From positions 20,952 to 84,951 of the forward strand of contig CAYQJV010000002.1 in the NCBI GenBank assembly GCA_964417925.1: a stretch of 64,000 nt of DNA. Reading direction: 5' to 3'. A model generated the notes under the pieces. The model saw only the letters and a list, made by a program, of their open reading frames with translations. It had not been told where the DNA came from and made no database searches. Source of the DNA: an uncultured bacterium. GTDB taxonomy: Bacteria > Hydrothermota > Tepidihabitantia > B3-TA06 > CAYQJV01. The position numbers were made by a program, and so were the translations under genes. Each line of letters opens with the position of its first letter. Within the stretch, counting starts at the first letter, position 1. Below, one piece after another: positions 41,653-52,232 of the stretch.

Positions 41653-41660
41653 ATTTTAAA

Positions 41661-41688
41661 AAGATAATTAAAATAAAAAAGAAGTCAA
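41661..41688 (-). promoter_or_regulatory. Sigma70 promoter TTGACT-16-TATCTT
   Basis: ATG 8 nt downstream; MITE end 5 bp upstream of the -35. Confidence 0.65.
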
Positions 41689-41693
41689 CCTAT

Positions 41694-41956
41694 TGAAGAA
41701 TTTCAAAAAGGTATTGGATTGGTATCTTGAAAAAAGGTAAATTTATAGGTAAAGGCAAGGGTTTTAGTCCCTTTATCCGGGCGCCAAAAACAAAGAGGAA
41801 GGATAAAGTGCGAGGAATCTTATGGAGAAGTTTATGCAGGTTGTGCCTTTTAAGATAAGGAGTGGGACAGACCGATAATGGGAAGGAGTTTGATAGATTT
41901 TTGAACGGATGGGTAAAGAATAACCCCTCGTGGCCAAAATGTTATGGAATTCTACA
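41694..41956. mobile_element. IS481-like MITE copy 2 (263 bp, inverted relative to copies 1 and 3)
   Basis: Reverse complement of copy 1 with substitutions; same termini. Confidence 0.85.
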
Positions 41957-41961
41957 AAAGA

Positions 41962-41990
41962 TTGACATTTTATGCATAAAAGAATATAAT
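41962..41990 (+). promoter_or_regulatory. Sigma70 promoter TTGACA-17-TATAAT, leaderless start
   Basis: Perfect consensus; ATG 7 nt downstream; MITE end 5 bp upstream. Confidence 0.85.
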
Positions 41991-41997
41991 TTTTGGA

Positions 41998-43617
41998 ATG
42001 CAGAATAAATTAGTTTTTTCTCTACTTTTGTTAGCGTTTGTATTTTCGGTACCTTCTTTGTTTATGTATTTTGTTTCAGAAGATTTGGTGTCTATTGTCC
42101 CTGAAGCTAATTTTGTAACACGATTAAAATCTATATGGAGTGGAGATATTCTCAAAAATGCAGGATTTTATAGACCTATTTCTCTTACTTCCTTATTAGT
42201 AGACTATAAACTATGGGGATTATCCTCTGTAGGATTTCATTTTACTAATTTATTATTTCACATTGCTTGTGTAGTAACTGTCTATTTTTTTATCTTTTAT
42301 TTGTTTAACGATTATAGAATCGCTTTATTATCCTCTTTAATATTTATTTTGCATCCTATTCATACCTATAACCTTTACTGGATAAGTGGAAGAGGCGATA
42401 TGATAGCTACTTTGTTTTATATTTTATCATTAATCTTTATGATGGAATTTTTAAAAAAACAGCAAGATAAGTTTATTGTTTTTACAATATTATTTGCAGT
42501 ATTAGGTATCTTAGGAAAAGAAACAGTGATAACCATTCCTTTAGCGTGGTTATGGATATACATTTTTTTGAAAAATAAAAACAATGTGCAGAAGATGAGA
42601 TTAAAGGTGTTGTTTTTAATAATTGTATTTATTTTTATTTTTTTGATTTTAAGATTCTTAATACTTAAAGGAAGTTTTAATATACCAGGCATTTATAAAT
42701 ACTTTAATGTTTCTTACTATTTTAAAAATATTTTAAAATTAACCGGTTTTTTAACTATTCCCTTTGGCTATGAGTTTTTTGAACTTTTATACAGCAAATA
42801 TCCTGCAATTTTTTTAAGTACTGCAATTGTTTGTGTTTTTGGAATGATAATTTTTTTCTATTTTGTGTGTAGGAAAGATAAAGCTTTCTTTTATATTTTA
42901 ATATTTTTTATAATTATTACTTTGCCTTTTTTTCAACTGGTGATGAGATGGTACCTTTACCTTCCTTCTGTGGGTTTTTCTCTTTTTATAGGATATTTAA
43001 TTTATAAAGTGAAGAGAGGTAAAAAAAGATATGGACGCATCATTTTAGGAATTTATCTTTTTTTATGTGTTATAGGATATATGTACTATACCTATGTATG
43101 GTACCTTAATAGTAATTTTAACAAAGAACTTATAAAAAAAATAATCATGTTGATGAAACAGCACAGAGATAAAAAGTATTTTTACATAGTAAATCTACCT
43201 GCTAAAATATACCGATGCCCTACTTTTGGATATGGTTTTGAACATACGGTAAGACTTTTTAATGAAGATACCTTTCAGTGTCTGGATCGTATTGTGAGGA
43301 CTTCTCATCAATACGGTTATCACTCATGCAATTACAAAGTTAAACCCGATGGTATTGAGTTGTGGTTTGATAATCCAAATTCCTATTTTTTACTTCCAGT
43401 AAGAAAATACATTTTAGGAGAAGCAGGCTTAAAAATAGGAAGGAAAGTTGACGTTCCACTGTTTTGGGATACTGTGACAGTTTCTGTGCTAAATAATCAT
43501 CCTAATAACAAGGTAAAGCATGTAAAGATTTTTTACACGCCAAGAATGCTTCAAAAAGATTGTATGGTAGTTATATTTTATAAAAAGAATTACAAAATAA
43601 TACATCCACAAAATTGA
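41998..43617 (+). CDS. GT-C superfamily membrane glycosyltransferase (TMTC/ArnT-like N-terminus)
   Basis: YRPISLTS, FHFTNLLFH, FILHPIH...WISGR, LGKE, RWYLYLP; many TM segments. Confidence 0.75.
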   Translation: MQNKLVFSLLLLAFVFSVPSLFMYFVSEDLVSIVPEANFVTRLKSIWSGDILKNAGFYRPISLTSLLVDYKLWGLSSVGFHFTNLLFHIACVVTVYFFIFYLFNDYRIALLSSLIFILHPIHTYNLYWISGRGDMIATLFYILSLIFMMEFLKKQQDKFIVFTILFAVLGILGKETVITIPLAWLWIYIFLKNKNNVQKMRLKVLFLIIVFIFIFLILRFLILKGSFNIPGIYKYFNVSYYFKNILKLTGFLTIPFGYEFFELLYSKYPAIFLSTAIVCVFGMIIFFYFVCRKDKAFFYILIFFIIITLPFFQLVMRWYLYLPSVGFSLFIGYLIYKVKRGKKRYGRIILGIYLFLCVIGYMYYTYVWYLNSNFNKELIKKIIMLMKQHRDKKYFYIVNLPAKIYRCPTFGYGFEHTVRLFNEDTFQCLDRIVRTSHQYGYHSCNYKVKPDGIELWFDNPNSYFLLPVRKYILGEAGLKIGRKVDVPLFWDTVTVSVLNNHPNNKVKHVKIFYTPRMLQKDCMVVIFYKKNYKIIHPQN

Positions 43618-43641
43618 CAAATTAAAATATTTAGTTATCTT
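43614..43641 (+). promoter_or_regulatory. Sigma70 promoter TTGACA-16-TATCTT (tRNA-Ser)
   Basis: Ends 9 nt before the tRNA. Confidence 0.7.
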
Positions 43642-43650
43642 TATAAATGA

Positions 43651-43740
43651 GGAGAGGTGCCCGAGCGGCCGAAGGGGCACGACTGGAAATCGTGTGTACG
43701 CCTAAAAGGCGTACCGTGGGTTCGAATCCCACCCTCTCCG
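43651..43740 (+). tRNA. tRNA-Ser(GGA)
   Basis: GGAGAGG/CCTCTCC acceptor, CACGA-CTGGAAA-TCGTG anticodon arm, long variable arm; no CCA encoded. Confidence 0.96.
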
Positions 43741-43780
43741 TTTAAATGTCGGTATTATTTTCCGTATAATTCTATAGCAT

Positions 43781-43856
<76 letters not shown>

Positions 43857-43857
43857 G

Positions 43858-44391
43858 ATGGAAAAGAAAGTAAAACTTTATAAATTAATCTCAGAGGAAG
43901 AGATAGAAAGAAAGGTGACAGAACTGGGTAGAAAAATATCTGAAGACTACAAAGGTAAGACTCCCCTTTTGGTTGGGGTATTAAAAGGCGCATGGGTTTT
44001 TCTTGCAGATCTTGTTAGAAAGATAAGTATTCCAATAACATGTGATTTTCTTCAGGTGTCAAGTTATGGTACAGGTACAGAAACAACAGGAGTGGTGAAG
44101 ATAGTATCTGATTTAACATCTCCTATAGAGGGGAAAGATGTAATAATAGTTGAAGATATTGTAGATACAGGGCTTACACTTCAGTATTTAATTGAAATGC
44201 TTGAACTGAGGAGGCCTAATTCTATAAAAATATGTGCTTTGCTTGATAAACCTGCCAGGCATAGGGTGGAGATAAAAATTGATTATCTTGGGTTTAAAAT
44301 TCCCAACAAGTTTGTTGTAGGGTATGGTATAGATTGGGCAGAAAAATACAGAAATCTTCCCTATATAGGATACATTGAATTTGAGGAATAA
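43858..44391 (+). CDS. hpt: Hypoxanthine phosphoribosyltransferase
   Basis: GVLKGA, SSYG, IIVEDIVDTGLT, LLDKP, FVVGYGID.AEKYRNLPYI. Confidence 0.96.
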   Translation: MEKKVKLYKLISEEEIERKVTELGRKISEDYKGKTPLLVGVLKGAWVFLADLVRKISIPITCDFLQVSSYGTGTETTGVVKIVSDLTSPIEGKDVIIVEDIVDTGLTLQYLIEMLELRRPNSIKICALLDKPARHRVEIKIDYLGFKIPNKFVVGYGIDWAEKYRNLPYIGYIEFEE

Positions 44392-44836
44392 ACTTGTAAT
44401 TGGAGTAATAGGAGCTTCCTCCTGTGATGAATTTCTTGGTAGTGTTGCAGAAAAAACAGGAAGATTGATAGCAGAGAATGGATGGATACTTATTACTGGT
44501 GGAATGGGTGGAGTAATGGAGTATGCTTCTAAAGGAGCAAAAAGTAAAAATGGTCTTGTTGTTGGGATAATTCCCTCTGATAAAAAGGATGATGGTAATC
44601 CATATATGGATATTAAAATAATTACAGGCATGAATGAAGCGAGAAACCAGATAATTGTTTTATCTGCAGATTTTTTAATAGCAATTGGAGGAGGTTATGG
44701 AACTCTTTCTGAAATTGCTTTCGGACTTAAAAGAGAAAAATATATTTTTGGAATCAATACATGGGAAATAGAAGGAGTAAAAAAAGTAAATACACCAGAA
44801 GAGGCAATAGAAAGGATAAAGGAGTTGATAAAATGA
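44375..44836 (+). CDS. TIGR00725-family (LOG/SLOG-like) protein
   Basis: IGVIG, TGGMGGVME, TGMNEARN, GGGYGTLSEI. Confidence 0.88.
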   Translation: MNLRNKLVIGVIGASSCDEFLGSVAEKTGRLIAENGWILITGGMGGVMEYASKGAKSKNGLVVGIIPSDKKDDGNPYMDIKIITGMNEARNQIIVLSADFLIAIGGGYGTLSEIAFGLKREKYIFGINTWEIEGVKKVNTPEEAIERIKELIK

Positions 44837-45120
44837 AGGAGAGAAGGGCAAAGATCATTGTTAAAGGATTTGTTCAAGGGGTGGGGTACAGATATTTTAC
44901 AGAAAGAACAGCAAAAGAGTATGGACTTACAGGATATGTAAAAAATCTCACAAATGGAAATGTGGAAGTGGTAGTGGAAGGAGATGAGGGGTTAATACTG
45001 TCATTTATAGAGAGGCTTAGAATAGGCCCAAGGCTTGCAAAGGTTACAGATATTCAGGTTGAATGGAGTGAACCTACTTATGAGTTTGATGATTTCAAAA
45101 TAAAGTTTGAATGGGATTGA
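44833..45120 (+). CDS. acyP: Acylphosphatase
   Basis: GFVQGVGYRY, GYVKNL.NG.VE, GPRLA.V; ATG at 44833 overlaps the upstream TGA. Confidence 0.94.
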   Translation: MKERRAKIIVKGFVQGVGYRYFTERTAKEYGLTGYVKNLTNGNVEVVVEGDEGLILSFIERLRIGPRLAKVTDIQVEWSEPTYEFDDFKIKFEWD

Positions 45121-45419
45121 TTATTTTTCTTGTTGTATCCGACAGCGTAAAAACTCCTATTTGTGATTCTTGGATTGGAGAAGATAAGTTATACCATTTT
45201 GTGGTGTCATCTTTTATGACAGGAGCATTTTACCATTTATTTTATTGTAAAATGAACTTAAAGCATTCTAAAGCAGTCTATTTTTCTGTAGGAACTGTAA
45301 TTTCAACAGGGATTTTTAAAGAACTATGGGATAAGAAAAAGGGAAGATTTTTTAGTTACAAAGATATGGTTTTTAATCTTGCAGGAATAACCGCAGGCTA
45401 CTTTATCTTTATGCGATGA
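45111..45419 (+). CDS. YfiM/VanZ-like small membrane protein
   Basis: DSWIGEDKLYHF, KELWD, FSYKD...N.AG. Confidence 0.7.
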   Translation: MGLIIFLVVSDSVKTPICDSWIGEDKLYHFVVSSFMTGAFYHLFYCKMNLKHSKAVYFSVGTVISTGIFKELWDKKKGRFFSYKDMVFNLAGITAGYFIFMR

Positions 45420-46312
45420 TGAACTTGATTTATGAAATTCAAAAGATAAAGAAAGAAAGAAATATAGCAATAGTTGCTCACAACTATCAAATACCTGAAA
45501 TTCAAGATATAGCAGATTTTGTAGGAGACTCTTTGGAACTTGCAAGGATAATAAAAAAGCTTTCCAATAAGATTGTTATTTTCTGTGGCGTAAAATTTAT
45601 GGCAGAAACAGCAAAGATTCTTTCCCCGGATAAAAAAATTCTTATTCCTTCCTTAGATGCAGGATGTCCTCTTGCAGATTCAATAAGTAGAAAACAGCTT
45701 TTGGAGTTTAAAAAGAAATTTAGGAATGCAACAGTTGTAACTTACGTGAATACCAATGCGGATGTAAAGGCAGAATCAGATGTTTGCTGTACTTCTGCCA
45801 ATGCAGTTGAAATTGTAAAAAAAACTTCAGCCAATAAGATTCTGTTTGTACCCGATAGAAATCTCGCTCATTTTGTTGCCAAAAATTCAGAAAAAGAGGT
45901 AATCCCATGGGATGGGTACTGTCCAGTACACGAAAAGATAAAAAAAGAGGATATTTTAAAGTTAAAAAACAAATATCCAGAGGCAGAGATAATGGTGCAT
46001 CCTGAATGTATACCTCAGGTGCAGGAAATTGCAGATAGAATATTAAGCACAGGGGATATGATAAAGTATGCAAAAGAATTAAACACAAATACTTTTATTG
46101 TAGGCACAGAAGAGGGAATAATTCATAGATTGAAAAAGGAAAATCCCTTTAAAAAATTTATTCCTGCAAGAGAAGACTTAATATGCGAAGATATGAAAAA
46201 AATAACTCTTGAAAATCTTTATTTTTCTTTAAAAAATGAAGTATATGAAATAAAAGTTGAAGAGGAAATGCGGAAGAAAGCTCTTTCTTCTATAGAAAGG
46301 ATGATTGAGTAA
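45416..46312 (+). CDS. nadA: Quinolinate synthase
   Basis: VAHNYQ, FCGVKFMAE, AGCPLA, YVNT, GYCPVH, HPEC, CEDMKK. Confidence 0.96.
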   Translation: MMNLIYEIQKIKKERNIAIVAHNYQIPEIQDIADFVGDSLELARIIKKLSNKIVIFCGVKFMAETAKILSPDKKILIPSLDAGCPLADSISRKQLLEFKKKFRNATVVTYVNTNADVKAESDVCCTSANAVEIVKKTSANKILFVPDRNLAHFVAKNSEKEVIPWDGYCPVHEKIKKEDILKLKNKYPEAEIMVHPECIPQVQEIADRILSTGDMIKYAKELNTNTFIVGTEEGIIHRLKKENPFKKFIPAREDLICEDMKKITLENLYFSLKNEVYEIKVEEEMRKKALSSIERMIE

Positions 46313-46316
46313 TTTT

Positions 46317-47681
46317 TTACTTCCATTTCTCTCTTTCAAGCAATTCTTTGAGAATCTCAAATCCCTCTTCTTTTGTTTTAATTTTACCTTCTTTTTGTAA
46401 CTCTTCAAGTTCTTCAAGCAAAATTTTATATACAGGGCCTGGAGGAATTCCAAACTCCATCAAATCATAGCCCGTTATCAATCTTTTAAAACTTTTTTCT
46501 TTTTCATCTTTTTCCTTAATTTCAAATATCTTTTTTATCGTATATTCAAGATGTTCGGTTTTGCCTGCTGTTGCAAATCCATCTGCCAAGTCTAAAATCA
46601 TTATTCCTACTGCATCTTCACCGGTTATTCTTAAAAATCTTCTTATCGCTCTTTCTGTCAATTCAGGAGCTGTGGCAATTAAATGAAGATGCATATGTCT
46701 TTCAACCATGTTTTTAACGCTTTTTACTTCTTTTACAGGGAGTCTTAATGCTTCTTTCAACATTTTTTCTGTAAGTTTTGCCCCTTTGACGTCGTGTCCA
46801 TAAAAATGGTAGGTCCCTTCCTCAGTTTCAATCCTTGTATCAGGTTTTGCAATATCGTGGAAAAGAGATGCAAGTTTTATAAGTGCTTTTCTTCTTTTTT
46901 CAATCCCAGAGAAGTATTTTTGAAAATTATTGTTGAAATGCCCATTTTTTAGTATTCTCTCTGCCCCAAGATATACAAGTAAACTATGAGATAAAACTTC
47001 TCTATCCTCAAAAAACCTTTTTGCCTTTTCAAATATTTCCTGTAGTAATCCTATTTCTATCATCTTTGATATGAATGGGTAGGAAAAATCTGTTTCAAGT
47101 ATACGCATAAATTCATAGCCTATTCGTTCTTTTGCGATTTTTTTAACAGATACCTGAATCATCTGATAATATACCCATTCTGGAATGTTAAATCCAAGTT
47201 CTGCAGAAAATCTAAATGCTCTGAGGACCCTTAGTGGATCATCCTTAAAACTTCTTTCTGAAACAGGGATTATAGATTTATGTTGAAGATGTTTTATTCC
47301 TCCAAAATAATCTAAAAATCTATACTCATTTTTTAAAAAAAGATTAAGTTTTATTGCAATTGCATTTATAGTAAAGTCTCTTTTTTTAAGATCTTCTTCT
47401 ATGTTTTCTTTAAACCCTTTAAAATCAAATACATAACTTTTTTTATACACTACCCTTGCTTCATCATCCTTTTCGCTTAATAATACAAATGCCCCTTTTA
47501 TTTTGCTCGCTATTTTTTTGGCTGTCTTTATCCCATTTCCTTTTACTGCAAAATCAAAATCAAGAGGAGAAATTCCCAGTAAAGTGTCCCTAATTGCTCC
47601 TCCTACAAGATAAATTTCTTTGTTTTCTTTTTCTATCTCTTTTAAAATTTCTATTACATCTTGGGGAATACTGGGCTTCAT
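46317..47681 (-). CDS. Class II tRNA nucleotidyltransferase with HD domain, probably CC-adding
   Basis: [38 protein letters not shown]; flexible loop region very short. Confidence 0.85.
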   Translation of the reverse strand: MKPSIPQDVIEILKEIEKENKEIYLVGGAIRDTLLGISPLDFDFAVKGNGIKTAKKIASKIKGAFVLLSEKDDEARVVYKKSYVFDFKGFKENIEEDLKKRDFTINAIAIKLNLFLKNEYRFLDYFGGIKHLQHKSIIPVSERSFKDDPLRVLRAFRFSAELGFNIPEWVYYQMIQVSVKKIAKERIGYEFMRILETDFSYPFISKMIEIGLLQEIFEKAKRFFEDREVLSHSLLVYLGAERILKNGHFNNNFQKYFSGIEKRRKALIKLASLFHDIAKPDTRIETEEGTYHFYGHDVKGAKLTEKMLKEALRLPVKEVKSVKNMVERHMHLHLIATAPELTERAIRRFLRITGEDAVGIMILDLADGFATAGKTEHLEYTIKKIFEIKEKDEKEKSFKRLITGYDLMEFGIPPGPVYKILLEELEELQKEGKIKTKEEGFEILKELLEREKWK

Positions 47682-50494
47682 ACTTCCTCTAAAACTTTTT
47701 TCAAAAATTTGCCCGTATAAGAGTTTCGGTTTTTAACAATTTCTTCTGGAGGTCCCTCTGCAACGATATATCCTCCTTCATCTCCACCTTCTGGTCCTAA
47801 ATCTATTATCCAATCAGCACACTTTATAACTTCCATGTTATGTTCTATAACTATTACTGTGTTACCTTTATCAACGAGTCTTTGTAAAACATTTAATAAA
47901 AGCTTTATGTCTTCAAAATGTAATCCTGTTGTTGGTTCATCAAGAATGTATATTGTATTTCCCTTAGGTAATTTTGAAAGTTCTTTTGCAAGTTTCACTC
48001 TTTGAGCTTCACCTCCAGAAAGGGTAGGGGCTGGTTGACCAAGTTTTATGTATCCAAGTCCAACATCTTTTAATAACTTCAGTTTTCTTTCGATTTGAGG
48101 AATATCGGAAAAGAAGTCATATGCTTCATCAACAGTCATGTCAAGCACATCTGCGATATTTTTCCCTTTATATCTTACTTCAAGAGTTTCTCGGTTGTAT
48201 CTTTTTCCTTTACACACCTCACAGGGGATGTAAACAGGAGGTAAAAAATGCATTTCTATTTTAAGCATTCCCTCCCCACCACATCTTTCACATCTTCCAC
48301 CCCTTACATTGAAAGAAAATCTTCCTGGTTTATATCCTCTTATTCTTGCTTCTTTTGTCATTGCAAACAACTCTCTTATTGGAGTAAAGGCTCCTGTATA
48401 TGTTGCAGGATTGGACCTTGGAGTTCTTCCTATTGGAGATTGATCTATATTTATTACCCTATCAATTAATTCAATTCCTATTATTTCATCATGCTCACCT
48501 GGTTTTTCTGTAGTGCGGTAGAATCTTTCTGCAAGGGCCCTATAAAGTATATCGTTTATAAGCGATGATTTTCCTGAACCAGATACTCCGGTAACGCATA
48601 CAAATAGTCCAAGAGGAATTTTTACATCTATGTTTTTTAAATTATTATGCCTTGCCCCTTTTATAATAATGTATTTCCCTTTTGGTGTTCTTCTTTTTCT
48701 GGGGATAGGAATTTTTCTCTTTCCTGAGAGATATGCTCCTGTGAGAGATTTTCCATTCTTTGCAATTTCAGAAGGTGTTCCCTCCACAACTATCTTTCCT
48801 CCCTTCTCGCCTGCTCCTGGACCGAGGTCAATTACCCAGTCAGCAGAAAGTATTGTATCTCTGTCATGTTCAACCACTACCACCGTATTTCCAAGGTCTC
48901 TTAATTTTTTGAGGGTATTTAAAAGTCTTTTGTTATCCCTCATGTGAAGACCTATGGTAGGTTCATCTAAGATATATATAACCCCAACAAGTCCTGAACC
49001 TATTTGAGTTGCGAGCCTTACTCTCTGTTCTTCTCCTCCTGCAAGGGTCTCTGTAGTCCTGTCAAGGGTTAAATAGCCGACCCCAACCTCCTTTAAAAAA
49101 GATAGTCTTGCCTTTATTTCTTTTATTACTTCATATGCAATTTTCTGTTGAACTTCGGTTAATTTGAGATTTTCAAAAAATTTATAGGCATCCTCTACAG
49201 ACATTTTTGTAATATCATATATATTTTTCCCTTCTATTTTTACAGAAAGTGCTTCAGGTTTAAGCCTTGCTCCCTTGCAGGCAGGACATGGAAGTTTTCG
49301 CATAAACTGTTCTATATATTCTCTTCTTGCTTCGGATTCAGTCTCTTTATGGAGTCTTTCAAGATTTCTTACAACTCCTTCGTAATATTCATAACCCTCG
49401 TAGATGGATGTTCCTGTATATTTCACTTTAACCGGTTCATCTGCCCCATAGAGGATTATTTTTTTTGCATGTTCAGGAAGGTCCTTCCATGGAGTATCAA
49501 GAGAGAATTTATATTTTTTTGCTACTGCTTCAAGCATTGCAAGCAACCATCCTCTGGGTTCTCCCCAAGGTTCTATAACTCCATCAAGAATTGATAGCCT
49601 TGGATCAAGTATTATGAGTTCAGGGTCTATTTCCATTTTCGTTCCAAGCCCGTGGCATACCGGACATGCTCCATATGGAGAATTGAAGGAAAAAAGTCTT
49701 GGAGAAATCTCTTCATAAGAAAATCCACATTTTACACATGCCAAGGCTTCGCTGAATACTTTTTCTTCTTTATCATTAATTATAATGCTACATAAACCTT
49801 CTCCTTCCTTTAATGCAAGTTCTATTGAATCTGCAAGTCTCTTTCTTATTTTTTCTTTCAGGATTATTCTATCTATCACAACATCTATCTTGTGAATTTT
49901 GTATCTTTCAAGTTTTGGAGGGTTATCAAGTTCATACAGTTTTCCATCAACCCTTACCCTTACATATCCCTGTCTTTTTAATTTTTCAAAAAGTTCCCTA
50001 TATTCTCCTTTTCTTCCTTTTACTTTTGGAGCAAGGATAACAAGTTTGGTCCCTTCATCTAAAGACAATAAAGAATCAACGATTTGATCAACGGTTTGAG
50101 AGGAAAGCGGTATATTGCAGTTTGGGCAGAAAGGAGTTCCTATTCTTGCAAAAAGTACTCTCAGATAGTCGTATATCTCAGTTACAGTGGCAACAGTGGA
50201 TCTTGGATTCCTCGCAGATGTTCTTTGTTCTATTGCAATTGCAGGAGATAATCCCTCTATAAAGTCAACATCCGGCTTCTCAAGCATTCCCATAAATTGT
50301 CTTGCATATGTTGAAAGAGACTCTACATATCTTCTTTGACCTTCTGCATATAAAGTGTCAAAAGCAAGAGAAGACTTTCCTGAACCAGAAATTCCAGTAA
50401 TTACAACAAGTTTATTTCTTGGTATTTTAACCTCAATATTTTTTAAATTGTGTTCTCTTGCTCCTTTTATGAAAATGTAGTTCTTCATAAACAT
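47678..50494 (-). CDS. uvrA: Excinuclease ABC subunit A
   Basis: GAREHNLKN, two GxSGSGKS Walker A motifs, zinc fingers, [20 protein letters not shown]. Confidence 0.98.
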   Translation of the reverse strand: MFMKNYIFIKGAREHNLKNIEVKIPRNKLVVITGISGSGKSSLAFDTLYAEGQRRYVESLSTYARQFMGMLEKPDVDFIEGLSPAIAIEQRTSARNPRSTVATVTEIYDYLRVLFARIGTPFCPNCNIPLSSQTVDQIVDSLLSLDEGTKLVILAPKVKGRKGEYRELFEKLKRQGYVRVRVDGKLYELDNPPKLERYKIHKIDVVIDRIILKEKIRKRLADSIELALKEGEGLCSIIINDKEEKVFSEALACVKCGFSYEEISPRLFSFNSPYGACPVCHGLGTKMEIDPELIILDPRLSILDGVIEPWGEPRGWLLAMLEAVAKKYKFSLDTPWKDLPEHAKKIILYGADEPVKVKYTGTSIYEGYEYYEGVVRNLERLHKETESEARREYIEQFMRKLPCPACKGARLKPEALSVKIEGKNIYDITKMSVEDAYKFFENLKLTEVQQKIAYEVIKEIKARLSFLKEVGVGYLTLDRTTETLAGGEEQRVRLATQIGSGLVGVIYILDEPTIGLHMRDNKRLLNTLKKLRDLGNTVVVVEHDRDTILSADWVIDLGPGAGEKGGKIVVEGTPSEIAKNGKSLTGAYLSGKRKIPIPRKRRTPKGKYIIIKGARHNNLKNIDVKIPLGLFVCVTGVSGSGKSSLINDILYRALAERFYRTTEKPGEHDEIIGIELIDRVINIDQSPIGRTPRSNPATYTGAFTPIRELFAMTKEARIRGYKPGRFSFNVRGGRCERCGGEGMLKIEMHFLPPVYIPCEVCKGKRYNRETLEVRYKGKNIADVLDMTVDEAYDFFSDIPQIERKLKLLKDVGLGYIKLGQPAPTLSGGEAQRVKLAKELSKLPKGNTIYILDEPTTGLHFEDIKLLLNVLQRLVDKGNTVIVIEHNMEVIKCADWIIDLGPEGGDEGGYIVAEGPPEEIVKNRNSYTGKFLKKVLEEV

Positions 50495-50496
50495 AT

Positions 50497-50526
50497 ATAT
50501 TAAAACAAAAATTTCAAAAAAGTCAA
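50497..50526 (-). promoter_or_regulatory. Sigma70 promoter TTGACT-18-TAATAT (uvrA)
   Basis: MITE end 5 bp upstream of the -35; start codons 2 and 8 nt after the -10. Confidence 0.6.
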
Positions 50527-50531
50527 TCTTT

Positions 50532-50978
50532 TGTAGAATTCCATAACATTTTGGCCGCGAAGTTTATTCTTTACCCATCCGTTCAAAAATCTATCAAACT
50601 CCTTCCCATTATCGGTCTGTCCCACTCCTTATCTTAAAAGGCACAACCTGCATAAACTTCTCCATAAGATTCCTCGCACTTTATCCTTCCTCTTTGTTTT
50701 TGGCGCCCGAGATAAAGGAACTAAAACCCTTGCCTCATAATTACCTTCTCTTAACCTCTTCATCCATAAGTAAACCGTGGAACGAGCAACCCCAAAAGCA
50801 TTCTCTGTAGCCTCCCTACCGTACTTCCTAAAGAAACTTATCACCTTTCTCCTCCATTCCACCACCTTCCTCTCCTTATCACTCAAACCCTCCATTCCTT
50901 TCACTCTCATAGCTTTATTTTACCCATAAATTTACCTTTTTTCAAGATATCAATCCAATATCTTTTTGAAATTCTTCA
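50532..50978. mobile_element. IS481-like MITE copy 3 (447 bp) retaining the transposase N-terminal HTH (50629..50910, minus)
   Basis: Same termini as copies 1 and 2 plus about 183 bp encoding WRRKVISFFRKYG...FGVARSTVYLWMKRLREG...LSRAPK. Confidence 0.88.
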
Positions 50979-51058
50979 GAAAATGTTAAGGAAGGTTTCT
51001 GAAAACAGTAAAAATTGGACACCGAAGAAAAGGTAGTTGAAATATGTATAGTATTATA

Positions 51059-51086
51059 TTGACATTTTGAAATTAGTGGTTATCAT
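51059..51086 (+). promoter_or_regulatory. Sigma70 promoter TTGACA-16-TATCAT, leaderless start (rpsR)
   Basis: ATG 5 nt downstream; no SD. Confidence 0.75.
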
Positions 51087-51091
51087 TTTCT

Positions 51092-51301
51092 ATGATGAAA
51101 AAAACAAAGGAATGTAGATTCTGTAAGGAAGGTATAAGAGACATAGATCCTTTTGCTCCTTTCTTAGGGAATTTCCTTACGGAGAAGGGCAAAATACTTC
51201 CACGTAAGTCTACGGGATTATGTGCGTACCATCAACGGAAACTGGCGATAGCTATAAAGAGAGCAAGAAACTTAGGAATATTACCTTATGTTATAAAATA
51301 A
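51092..51301 (+). CDS. rpsR: 30S ribosomal protein S18 (zinc-binding type)
   Basis: CRFC, GKILPR..TGLCAYHQR.LA.AIKRAR.LG.LPY. Confidence 0.96.
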   Translation: MMKKTKECRFCKEGIRDIDPFAPFLGNFLTEKGKILPRKSTGLCAYHQRKLAIAIKRARNLGILPYVIK

Positions 51302-51303
51302 TC

Positions 51304-51756
51304 ATGAAGATAATACTTCTAAAGGATTTTGAGTCTTTGGGGAAAAGGGGAAGTGTAATTGAGGTTAAGAACGGTTATGCACGTAATTATTTGATTCCTA
51401 AAGGAATAGCAGTGGAAGCAACGGAAAGTAATATACGGCATTTTCAAGAAATAGAGAAGCAGAAAAGTCTTAAAGAAGAAAGAGCTAAAATAAAAGCTGA
51501 AAAGATAAAAGAAAAAATAGATGGAGAGGGATTTAAATTGAAATTACACATAGGTGAGGAAGGAAAGGTATTTGGAGCAATTACTTCTTCTGATATTGCA
51601 GAGGTAATAAAGCAGAAAAAGAAAATTGATATAGATCATCACTGGATAGAGCTTGAAAAGCCTATAAAAGAGAAAGGGAAATATGAAATCACTATAAACT
51701 TACATCCCCAAGTAAAAGCAAAGATAAATGTTTGGGTAGTAGAGTATAAAAAATGA
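51304..51756 (+). CDS. rplI: 50S ribosomal protein L9
   Basis: MKIILL, VKNGYARNYLIPKG.A, KVFGAITS.DI, IK..G.Y.I.I.LH. Confidence 0.96.
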   Translation: MKIILLKDFESLGKRGSVIEVKNGYARNYLIPKGIAVEATESNIRHFQEIEKQKSLKEERAKIKAEKIKEKIDGEGFKLKLHIGEEGKVFGAITSSDIAEVIKQKKKIDIDHHWIELEKPIKEKGKYEITINLHPQVKAKINVWVVEYKK

Positions 51757-52232
51757 TTCCTGTAACGGTTAAAGGTATCACCTTAGATACGAATAATAAT
51801 CCAGTGCTACTTTTAGAAGAAATTAATGGAAGAAGAATACTTCCTATATGGATAGGTCCAGTAGAAGCTACAGCGATATCCTATGCCCTTCAAAAACAAA
51901 AGACACAGAGGCCTTTAACTTTGGACCTCATTAAAAGGATAATTGAAGGTCTTGGAGCAAAAGTAATAAAAGTAGTGATAACCCAGATAAAGGATAATAC
52001 ATATTATGCAAATATGATTCTTGAAATAGATAGTAAAATAGTGTTAATTGATGCAAGGCCTTCTGATTCAGTAGCAGTGGCAATACATACAAATGCACCG
52101 ATATATGTAAGTGAGGAAGTAATGAATTCTCAATCTCAAGTGCTTGATTTTCCAGAAAAAGATGAAACAGATGAATTGAAAAAGCGTATTCAAAACATAG
52201 ATCCTGAAAATTTTGGAGATTACGAGCTTTAA
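51753..52232 (+). CDS. Bifunctional nuclease family protein (DUF151)
   Basis: LPIWIG..EA.AI, RPLT.DL, IDARPSDSVA.A. Confidence 0.92.
   Translation: MIPVTVKGITLDTNNNPVLLLEEINGRRILPIWIGPVEATAISYALQKQKTQRPLTLDLIKRIIEGLGAKVIKVVITQIKDNTYYANMILEIDSKIVLIDARPSDSVAVAIHTNAPIYVSEEVMNSQSQVLDFPEKDETDELKKRIQNIDPENFGDYEL

Noticed and set aside
50495-50531. LexA/SOS box at the uvrA promoter
   Set aside because: No CTGT-N8-ACAG or GAAC-N4-GTTC palindrome is seen; a lineage-specific box cannot be excluded.
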